A stretch of 64,000 nucleotides of DNA, taken from the NCBI GenBank assembly GCA_963662655.2, contig CAXXTU010000002.1:2944001-3008000 (forward strand). Reading direction: 5' to 3'. This document shows positions 41,381 to 53,636 of the stretch, in pieces (the stretch's first letter is position 1; each line of letters begins with the position of its first letter). This DNA is from Candidatus Cloacimonadales bacterium (GTDB taxonomy: Bacteria; Cloacimonadota; Cloacimonadia; Cloacimonadales; JAIOQZ01). The position numbers and the translations under genes are program-made. The notes beneath the pieces were generated by a model, which was given only the letters and a program-made list of their open reading frames with translations, did not search any database and had not been told where the DNA came from.

Positions 41381-43246
41381 ATGAATTCAATTCCCTGGAT
41401 GGAGGGGCTGAGAAGTCAGCCGGACGACGACGCGCGTATTTCGTGGATACGCGATGACGAACACGCTTGCATGTTCAAGGATGCGCCGTTACCGGATCCG
41501 CTCGATCGGCTCAATTCGTTGTTCGACGACAAACGGAAGCTTCGCGAGGCGTACTATTACATAGGCGTACGCTATTACCAGAAGATGCGCATGGAAGAGG
41601 TGCTGGAGTGTTTCCAAACCGTACTGGAGATGAACGATGGCTCGGATTACTTCACGGGCATGGCAAAATTCTATCTGGGTGTGATATTCCGCAACGAGGA
41701 TCGCTTTGAGGAGGCTTATCGGATGTTTCTCGAAGTAATCCCCGTGCTCGAGGAACAAGAGATGATCCTCAGCCTGGCGGGGGCCTATCAGAACCTTGGC
41801 TCGATCGACACCGAGAGAAATCACCTCGAAGACGCAACGAAGAACCTCGAGAGATCAATCGAACTATTCCAGGAAGTCGGTGACGAAACCGGACTCGCCA
41901 TGTCGCTCTCGGATTACGGTGCGGTATGCTGGATTCGCGGTGAAGCAGCCCAGGCATTGAAATACCACTTGCAGGCGTTCAAGAAGCTCGGGGATTCGGA
42001 TAACAGGTTCCTCCTCGCAAACATCCACAATCGAATCGGGTTGTGCTACTATCGCTTCTCTGAATTCGAGAAAGCGCTTACGGAGCACATGAAGGCTCTG
42101 CGGATTCAGGAAGAACACGGCATGCGAAGCTCGTGCGCCTTTTCGCTCAATCACATCGGCGCCATCCACCGCAACCTGAAGAACTACGATCTCGCGCTGG
42201 AGTATTACCGGAAATCGCTGCAAATCTACCTGGATATCAACCACCACCTGGGTATCGGCATGATCTACAACAATATCGGCCTCATATACCAGGATCAGAG
42301 GAATTTCGAAGAAGCGCTAAGCTACTTCCTCAAAGCGAAAGAGATCAAGACGCGCTTCGACCTGCAGCAGACGCTGCCGATCACGCTGGAAAACATCGGA
42401 ATATGCTATACGGAGCTCGGTGACTACGACCAAGCTTTTGCCTGCCAGACACAAGCGCTTGCAATGTACGAGGAAACACCGGGTAACATCGGAAATATCG
42501 GTTGCCTCGTGAGTATCTGCGAACTCTTCGCGTACAAATACCGGGATTCCGGCGAGATGGAATCGTTCCACAAGTCCATGAGATACTACGATATGGTCGA
42601 CGAAGCCATTGGGAAGCGAAACGAGAAGGATATCCGGAGCACGAGACTCCAGTTGCAGGAGATCGGATTGAAGCTGCTGAAGGCGCATGCGGAGAAATTG
42701 TTCAGTAAGGGCGAGTTCGAGCAATCCTCGATCTATTACCGGAAAGCGAACGCGTTGTTCGATTCGATGATCATCCTTCGCGACGAGATATACGACGACC
42801 GCCGGAGAATTCGCATTACCGATTTGCAAATGCTCTATGACATGGAGAAGAAGGAAGCGGAAGCCCAGATCGCGAGGCAGGAAGCGGAAATCATGCGCTT
42901 GAAGAACGTCGAGCTCGAGGAAATGAACCAGCGCCTGATCAGAACCCAAAATGAGATGCTCGAGCTGGAGCGAAATAACTCGATTCTCGCCATGGCCGTT
43001 ACTGCAAACCACGAGATCAATCAACCGCTGATGGTGATTCGCGGGAACCTGGATATGCTGACCCAAAACCTGGGTGGAGACAAAAAAACACCCGAGACGA
43101 TGCGGTATTTATCGCGCATCGACGAATCCTTAATGAAAATAAAGAATATCCTCTGTAAGTTTAAGGAATCGAACAGGATATCCATCGAGGCATACAGCCA
43201 GGGTACGCAAATGGTTGTGTTTGATCGCGATGAAGAGGGGAATTAG
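41381..43246 (+). CDS. Soluble TPR-array protein with C-terminal HisKA/DHp domain, no HATPase
   Basis: Repeated N.IG..Y...A...Y TPRs; coiled coil; ANHEINQPL; ends about 78 aa later. Confidence 0.82.
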   Translation: MNSIPWMEGLRSQPDDDARISWIRDDEHACMFKDAPLPDPLDRLNSLFDDKRKLREAYYYIGVRYYQKMRMEEVLECFQTVLEMNDGSDYFTGMAKFYLGVIFRNEDRFEEAYRMFLEVIPVLEEQEMILSLAGAYQNLGSIDTERNHLEDATKNLERSIELFQEVGDETGLAMSLSDYGAVCWIRGEAAQALKYHLQAFKKLGDSDNRFLLANIHNRIGLCYYRFSEFEKALTEHMKALRIQEEHGMRSSCAFSLNHIGAIHRNLKNYDLALEYYRKSLQIYLDINHHLGIGMIYNNIGLIYQDQRNFEEALSYFLKAKEIKTRFDLQQTLPITLENIGICYTELGDYDQAFACQTQALAMYEETPGNIGNIGCLVSICELFAYKYRDSGEMESFHKSMRYYDMVDEAIGKRNEKDIRSTRLQLQEIGLKLLKAHAEKLFSKGEFEQSSIYYRKANALFDSMIILRDEIYDDRRRIRITDLQMLYDMEKKEAEAQIARQEAEIMRLKNVELEEMNQRLIRTQNEMLELERNNSILAMAVTANHEINQPLMVIRGNLDMLTQNLGGDKKTPETMRYLSRIDESLMKIKNILCKFKESNRISIEAYSQGTQMVVFDRDEEGN

Positions 43247-43394
43247 ATAATACATTCACTTGGAACGGTAAAATAAAAAAAAGCTTGCGTATATTTTCTC
43301 GTGATCTCAATCTGAACATCCTGTTTCAGGGATGAATTTGTCTCAATACGTTTTAGCGTTATTATCTATGTTGAAACAGGGTAAGGTTTGGAAC

Positions 43395-45230
43395 ATGGAA
43401 GAAATCGAAGGTTTAATTAAACAAGCGACAACAGCTCCGCCACAGAAACAAGTCGAATTGTATCTGGAAATATCGAGGCTGTATTCATCCAATTCCGAAT
43501 CCCGCAGCCTTGAATATGCGAAGAAAGCCTATAACATCTCTGACAAGTATAGTAACAAGCTTGGTAAAACCAAGGCGATGATCGAACTGGCGAACATCAA
43601 CCAGGATTACAAACACAATCCGGAAGCCCTCGATTATTATCGCCAAGCGCTTGGCGCAGCCGAGGAACTTGGCGACCGTGATATCAAGGCGGACGTTCTC
43701 GTCAAAATCGGCAATATCCATTACTCGATGGGAGAATACAGCAAGTCGCTCGACTACTTCTTCCGCTCCTTACGCATTCTGGAAGACATCGACGATAAAG
43801 ACCTCATTGCGAACGTCTCCAACAATATCGGGCGGGGGTACACCGCTTCAGGCAACAACGAGAAGGCGCTCGAGTACTTCATGAATTGCCTGCACATCAA
43901 AGAAACGAGCGGTGACGAGAAGGGGCTGGCGAACGTCAGCAACAACATCGGTATTATCTATCAGAAGAAGGGCGAGTACGACAAGGCCCTCGATTTCTAC
44001 AATCGCTCGCTTGAAATCCAGGAGAAGCTCGGACACCAGCGCGGAAAAGCATCCGTCATCAATAACATCGGTATTATCTACTCCAATATGAATTATAAGG
44101 AGAAAGCGCTCCAGTATTTCTTCGACTCCCTGGTGTTAAAGAAAGAAATCGGCGACGAGAAATCGATCTCGAACTCCTATAGCAATATCGGTAGAACCTA
44201 TGTCGAGTTGGAAGAGTACGATAAAGCGCTGGAAGCGTTAGCTTTGAGCCTCGACCTCGCCAATAAGACCAACGCGAAGGACTTGCAGAGACAGATTCAC
44301 AAAAGCCTTGCCGACCTCTATGAAATCCTGGGCAACCAGCAGCTCGATAAAGGCCAGTACCGCGAGGCGTGTGACCACTACCGGACTTCCATCGAGGAAA
44401 GCCACCTCTACGAGGATTTGCAAATCGACCTCTATAAAGATGCATACAATCGGCAGATTGCGGATATCCAAACGCGCTTCGAGACGGATAAAAGACTTCG
44501 CGAGGCCGAGATTTTCCGGCTGAAGAACATTGAACTCGCGGAAGCGAACGCCACGAAGGACAAATTCTTCACGATCATAGCGCACGACGTCAAGAACCCG
44601 CTCAACTCGCTTCTGATGTCCGTGGAGTACCTCTCGATGCAGCTCGACCACCTGGAACCGGACAAGGTCAAGAAGCTGGTCGGTGTCATGAACAAGGAGA
44701 TAAAATCCATCTCCGAATTGTTCGATAATCTCATGCAGTGGTCTGGATCGCAAACCGGAAAGATGCCCTTCAGCCCTGACAAGCATGAATTGCTGGAGCT
44801 GGCGAAGGAATCTCTGAAGCACATTGAAACGGTTGCGGCGTACAAAGAGATCGATATCTCCATCGATATCCCCGTGGACGCCCTGGTACATGCCGATAAG
44901 AATATGATCATGACCGTCCTGCGTAATCTGGTTACGAATGCGATCAAGTTCTCGCACAACGGAAGCCGGGTGAGCGTCAGTTCAGTGGAGAATGACGATT
45001 ACTGGGAAGTGAGCGTGTGTGATCGCGGCGTCGGTATCGAGGAAGAGCATCTGAAAAAGCTGTTCAGGATCGACTCTCATTTCACGACACGCGGCACGGC
45101 GCACGAGACAGGTACCGGCCTGGGCTTGATCGTCTGCAAGGAATTCGTCGAGAAAAACAACGGCATTATCTACGCTGAAAGTTCGTCTGGTAAAGGCAGC
45201 GTCTTCACGTTTACCCTCCCCAGAGCATAA
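43395..45230 (+). CDS. Soluble TPR-array sensor histidine kinase
   Basis: NNIG TPRs; AHDVKNP H-box; RNLVTNAIKF, DRGVG, GTGLGL, GKGSVF; no TM. Start 43395 or 43332. Confidence 0.9.
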   Translation: MEEIEGLIKQATTAPPQKQVELYLEISRLYSSNSESRSLEYAKKAYNISDKYSNKLGKTKAMIELANINQDYKHNPEALDYYRQALGAAEELGDRDIKADVLVKIGNIHYSMGEYSKSLDYFFRSLRILEDIDDKDLIANVSNNIGRGYTASGNNEKALEYFMNCLHIKETSGDEKGLANVSNNIGIIYQKKGEYDKALDFYNRSLEIQEKLGHQRGKASVINNIGIIYSNMNYKEKALQYFFDSLVLKKEIGDEKSISNSYSNIGRTYVELEEYDKALEALALSLDLANKTNAKDLQRQIHKSLADLYEILGNQQLDKGQYREACDHYRTSIEESHLYEDLQIDLYKDAYNRQIADIQTRFETDKRLREAEIFRLKNIELAEANATKDKFFTIIAHDVKNPLNSLLMSVEYLSMQLDHLEPDKVKKLVGVMNKEIKSISELFDNLMQWSGSQTGKMPFSPDKHELLELAKESLKHIETVAAYKEIDISIDIPVDALVHADKNMIMTVLRNLVTNAIKFSHNGSRVSVSSVENDDYWEVSVCDRGVGIEEEHLKKLFRIDSHFTTRGTAHETGTGLGLIVCKEFVEKNNGIIYAESSSGKGSVFTFTLPRA

Positions 45231-45423
45231 TAGTCATCGCTGTTCGCAACGGATTCTCGTCCTCGGCCCGCACCTTTCAAAATGCTCGCAGGTGTTCCAT
45301 CGAGGCTTCTCTGTAAGGTTTTCGTGCAGTTTTCAAAAAATATTTTGCAATCTAATTTGTTTATTCTCAAATAAATTGTATATTATTAGTCTGTGTCGTT
45401 GAAAACATTTTCGAGAAAATAGG

Positions 45424-45583
45424 TTGACACGAAATCGCCGATTGCAGAGTTTAACGCTCCGCTTCGGCGAAAGCAAAAGCGGATGATCATTGACGCAGTT
45501 AGAGAGCAGGTGAAGCCGGTTTGGATTGGCTGAAAAAAAAAGTCGAAAAAAACCTTGACATAAAAACCTGCAATAGCGAAAGT
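45424..45583 (+). promoter_or_regulatory. Tandem rRNA promoters P1/P2
   Basis: TTGACA-17-GAGTTT (45424-45452) and TTGACA-17-GAAAGT (45555-45583), each after A-tracts and each followed by boxA-like GATCATTGA (45485, 45621). Confidence 0.65.
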
Positions 45584-45698
45584 GACCGAACCTTCAGCGC
45601 AGAAGTGTTGGGGGAAGCGAGATCATTGAAAACGAGAAAAAATAGAGTGAAGTGTAAAGAACTTGCGAGAGAGAGTGACGAGTCAAAATAGAACTTTC

Positions 45699-47249
<1,551 letters not shown>

Positions 47250-47451
47250 AAGGGAGAAAAATACGATGCTGAACTCGAACCTTTTTTCGAGCAGTTCTTA
47301 CACTTCACTTCTATATAAAGTTTTAGTTCATTATAGTGATATAGAGTGGAATGAAGTGTTTGAAAGAGTACTGAAGAATTGAAGTAAAGAAAGGATACTT
47401 TTCTACATTTATGAATGCTTTTAAAGGCAGTATTCATAAGTGATGAATTTT

Positions 47452-50352
<2,901 letters not shown>

Positions 50353-50426
50353 TTTTCTTTTTCCTTCAAACGGAAGTCTCGATCAATCTGCTTCATTCCA
50401 CTAAAATTATAATCATCAGGGCATTA

Positions 50427-50544
50427 GTGTGGTGGTTCTGGCGGTGAGGTCACACCTGTTCCCATCCCGAACACAGTCGTTAAGCTCACCAGCGCCGATG
50501 GTACTGCTTTGGCAACGAAGTGGGAGAGTAGGTCGCCGCCACAC
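50427..50544 (+). rRNA. rrf: 5S rRNA
   Basis: CCCATCCCGAACAC, GCCGATGGTACT, GGGAGAGTAGGTC; terminal helix GTGTGGTGG/CCGCCACAC. Confidence 0.97.
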
Positions 50545-50586
50545 TTATGCCCTGATTTTTCTTTACCACCTCTTTATACGCACCTA

Positions 50587-50628
50587 AAAGCCCCGTGAGA
50601 AAGCTTCTCCCGGGGCTTTGTTGTATTT
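50587..50628 (+). terminator. rRNA operon terminator
   Basis: AAAGCCCCG.GAGAA...TTCTC.CGGGGCTTT followed by T-rich tract. Confidence 0.8.
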
Positions 50629-50735
50629 ATATGCAGCGAAGTCGCTTATGAAAAAATACTGATGTTTTACAAAATCTTCATTGACATGCCTCGCTCACGA
50701 TTCCTTACTGGAAGAAATGATTGTTATGAGGAGCC

Positions 50736-53111
50736 ATGAATCTTTTCGATACTATTCAGAGCAAACTCACTCACGTTGAGGGACGCGATCGGTTGAACAA
50801 GCTTTTCGAAGAATGCAAACATCTTATACACAATCACGAAGAAGAGCTTGAACGATTCGCAAGCGAACATAGATGTGAAGATGTTCCAACGGACCCAATT
50901 ACGCTCGCAGAATACAATATATTGCTTATGATGAACGCATTCAACACTGAGGACGATGATGCAGTCGAGATGTATTTCGAACGGGTCAGAAAGATTTATG
51001 AAGACCTTCATGAGCATGATTTGATATGCTCGTTGTTTGTTAAAACCGGCCAAGCATATCTGGAGGTTAGAGAATACGAAACGGCGCTAAAGTACCACTT
51101 GATTGCAAAAGAACTCTTGAAGAAGTCCGGCGACGACGCCCGTTTGAGCCACGTGCTTGCGGATATCGGATTGAACTACTTGAACCTGGGCGCATATGTC
51201 AAGGCAATGGAATATACTCGTAGCAGCATCGAGATCAGCGAGAGACTTGGCAATCTGAATCTGGTTTTTGCTTACAATAATTACGCTTCAATCTACTACA
51301 GCCTGAAGAGGAGCGATAAAGCACTCAAGTATTACCTGTTTGCCCTAAAGAAAGGCGACGAAATGAGTTTCCACAAAATGGACGCTCACATCCTGAATAA
51401 TATCGCGAATATCTACTCGGATAAGAACAACTTCGAGAAAGCTCACGAATACTACATAAGATCGCTCGCTTGCGAGGCAACTCAAGAAGAAAAATACTCA
51501 AGGGCTTCGACAATCAACAACATTGGGATTATTTATTCCAGGCAAAAACAGTTCGATGAGGCAATCCAGTGGTTCGAAAAGTCCATCGCGATTTCAGAGA
51601 AATATGGCTTGCGGGAAACATTGGCAAAAAACCACCTCGATATGAGTCATGTATTCGCCAAGAAGAATGACCATCAGCGAGCCCTCACTTATCTCGATAA
51701 GGCGGAGAAGCTATTTGTGGAGTGTTCCGTACCTAGATACCTATTGTCTATTTTCGTCAATCGCGCGGAAATTATGTTAGCTATGAATCAGTGCGCCGAA
51801 GCGGAGAAAGCGTTAAAATCCGCCATGGAGATTGTTCAGAGAAGTGAAAACGAATACGAGATATCAAGGCTCTACGAGACCTTTACTGCGTTGTACCTAA
51901 GAAAGGGTGATTCTGAGCGCGTAATCGATTATCAGAAGAAGTTGATCGAAGCGCAGAAGGAAGAATACAAGGCCGACTACAACCAGAAACTTGCGGAGAT
52001 GCAGGCGTCGTTCGAGGTGGAACAAAAAGAGAAGGAAGCCGAGATATACCGCATTAAGGCAGTCGAATTGCAGAATAAGAACGATGAGATTTCCGCCCAG
52101 AAAGTCCAGTTGGAGAAAACGCTTCATCAGTTGCGGAAGTCAGAGATCAGCTATGAATTCCTGAACAACGAGATCAAGGAGAGGCTGGGATTCACGATTA
52201 TCGGGGAGAGCCAGCAAATGAAGCAAATCCTCAATCTGGTGCAGCGCGTTGCGCAATCGTCGGCAACCTCGGTGCTGATAACGGGCGAAACGGGAACAGG
52301 CAAGGAGCTCGTGGCGAGAGCGATTCACGAATGCAGTTCCCGCAAGAATGAGAATTTCTGTGCCGTGAATATTTCCAGCATCCCGGAAACGCTGTTCGAG
52401 AGTGAGTTTTTCGGCTACAAGAAGAACGCTTTCACCGGCGCGAAAGAGGACAAGACCGGCTGGTTTGAAATCGCCAACGACGGTACGCTCTTCCTGGATG
52501 AAATCGGCACATGGCTTCCGCAATTGCAATCGAAATTTCTGCGGGTTTTGGAAAGTAAGAAAATTATCCCGGTGGGAAGCGAGCGAGAGATCGAGGTCGA
52601 TTTCCGACTCATCAGCGCCACCAACGACAACTTGCAGGAAATGATCGATGAAAACAGATTCCGCGCCGATCTCTACTACCGCCTTTCGTCTTTCGTGATC
52701 AACATTCCGCCGCTTCGCGAGCGCGTGGAGGACATCCCGGCGTTGCTCGAATACTTCGTGAAGCACTTAAGCAGCCGGCAGAACAAGAGGATCACCCGGA
52801 TCGAGAAGCAGGTGGAATCAGCGCTCATGAGTTACCCTTTCCCGGGGAACGTCAGAGAGCTCAAGAACATGATCGAGCGCGCGGTGATTTTGTCTTCCAC
52901 ATCGGTTTTGAAGCTCTCCAGTTTCACGATCCCGAAAAGCTCTGGGCGTGACGATTCCGTCATTCCGCTCGCAACGATCGAGCGCGAAATGGTCCTTCGA
53001 GCCCTCAAGCAATCCGGCTTTCACCAGAGAAATGCGGCAAAACTGCTCGGAATCACTCCGAAATCTCTCGAGCGCCGTATGATCAAGCACGAGATCAAGC
53101 GCGAAAAATAG
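50736..53111 (+). CDS. TPR-array sigma54-dependent enhancer-binding protein (AAA+, Fis-type HTH)
   Basis: GAGGAG RBS; TPRs; GETGTGKE, ESEFFG..NAFTGA, LFLDEI, ISATN, FRADLYYRL, FPGNVREL, AAKLLGI. Confidence 0.93.
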   Translation: MNLFDTIQSKLTHVEGRDRLNKLFEECKHLIHNHEEELERFASEHRCEDVPTDPITLAEYNILLMMNAFNTEDDDAVEMYFERVRKIYEDLHEHDLICSLFVKTGQAYLEVREYETALKYHLIAKELLKKSGDDARLSHVLADIGLNYLNLGAYVKAMEYTRSSIEISERLGNLNLVFAYNNYASIYYSLKRSDKALKYYLFALKKGDEMSFHKMDAHILNNIANIYSDKNNFEKAHEYYIRSLACEATQEEKYSRASTINNIGIIYSRQKQFDEAIQWFEKSIAISEKYGLRETLAKNHLDMSHVFAKKNDHQRALTYLDKAEKLFVECSVPRYLLSIFVNRAEIMLAMNQCAEAEKALKSAMEIVQRSENEYEISRLYETFTALYLRKGDSERVIDYQKKLIEAQKEEYKADYNQKLAEMQASFEVEQKEKEAEIYRIKAVELQNKNDEISAQKVQLEKTLHQLRKSEISYEFLNNEIKERLGFTIIGESQQMKQILNLVQRVAQSSATSVLITGETGTGKELVARAIHECSSRKNENFCAVNISSIPETLFESEFFGYKKNAFTGAKEDKTGWFEIANDGTLFLDEIGTWLPQLQSKFLRVLESKKIIPVGSEREIEVDFRLISATNDNLQEMIDENRFRADLYYRLSSFVINIPPLRERVEDIPALLEYFVKHLSSRQNKRITRIEKQVESALMSYPFPGNVRELKNMIERAVILSSTSVLKLSSFTIPKSSGRDDSVIPLATIEREMVLRALKQSGFHQRNAAKLLGITPKSLERRMIKHEIKREK

Positions 53112-53113
53112 CT

Positions 53114-53172
53114 CGTGACGAAATCGTCTCGCGTAGCGATAGAATTACACCCTCAACGTGACGAAATCGTCA
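53114..53172. promoter_or_regulatory. Tandem palindromic upstream activator sequences
   Basis: CGTGACGAAATCGTC at 53114 and 53157 (43-bp period); core TGACGA-AA-TCGTCA is palindromic. Confidence 0.8.
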
Positions 53173-53225
53173 TTTTACCTATCCAAAGAACATTTTTATT
53201 CCCCTTCTCATCAATGAATACTCGC

Positions 53226-53272
53226 CAACTCTTTGAAATAACATGAAATAGAGTTTTGGCATCCGGAATGCA
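53226..53272 (+). promoter_or_regulatory. IHF-like site and sigma54 -24/-12 promoter
   Basis: CAACTCTTTGAAA (53226-53238, one mismatch to YAANNNNTTGATW); TGGCATCCGGAATGCA (53257-53272) with GG-N10-GC. Confidence 0.8.
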
Positions 53273-53294
53273 ATTAGAAAACCGGGAGCTAAAA

Positions 53295-53636
53295 ATGAAT
53301 CTACTAATGTACAATTTCTTCATGGATTTCGAAACCGCCGAACTGGTCAAGACCCGTCGGAGGGATGTCAGCATGTTTCTGGCGGTGTCGAGTGAGGACA
53401 TCCACCGAATTCTCGGACAGCACAGGATTTCTGGAGCGTTCCTTCATCTGGAAATAAGCGATGGAGAATTGCGGAAGCTATCGAGGAGCTATCCACAAAC
53501 CCGCTTCTTTCTGATCGATCGACCGGAGTCGCAGGATCCATCATTGGAGCAAGTTCGGTTTGTTTCCGAGGATGACGCGCTCGAAGAATTGAAATTGATA
53601 TTGCAGAACCTACACGATACAAGGAGCATGATATGA
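53295..53636 (+). CDS. Small hypothetical protein, possibly degenerate receiver-like fold
   Basis: ATG after GGGAG RBS, downstream of the sigma54 promoter; ATGA overlap with next gene; alternating beta/alpha pattern. Confidence 0.6.
   Translation: MNLLMYNFFMDFETAELVKTRRRDVSMFLAVSSEDIHRILGQHRISGAFLHLEISDGELRKLSRSYPQTRFFLIDRPESQDPSLEQVRFVSEDDALEELKLILQNLHDTRSMI

Noticed and set aside
41175..41390. 71-aa minus-strand ORF as a possible signalling peptide
   Set aside because: No RBS or signal-peptide character; overlaps the next gene's start.
53114..53172. Possible mini-CRISPR (15-bp repeat, 28-bp spacer)
   Set aside because: Only two short copies, no cas genes; position fits an enhancer.
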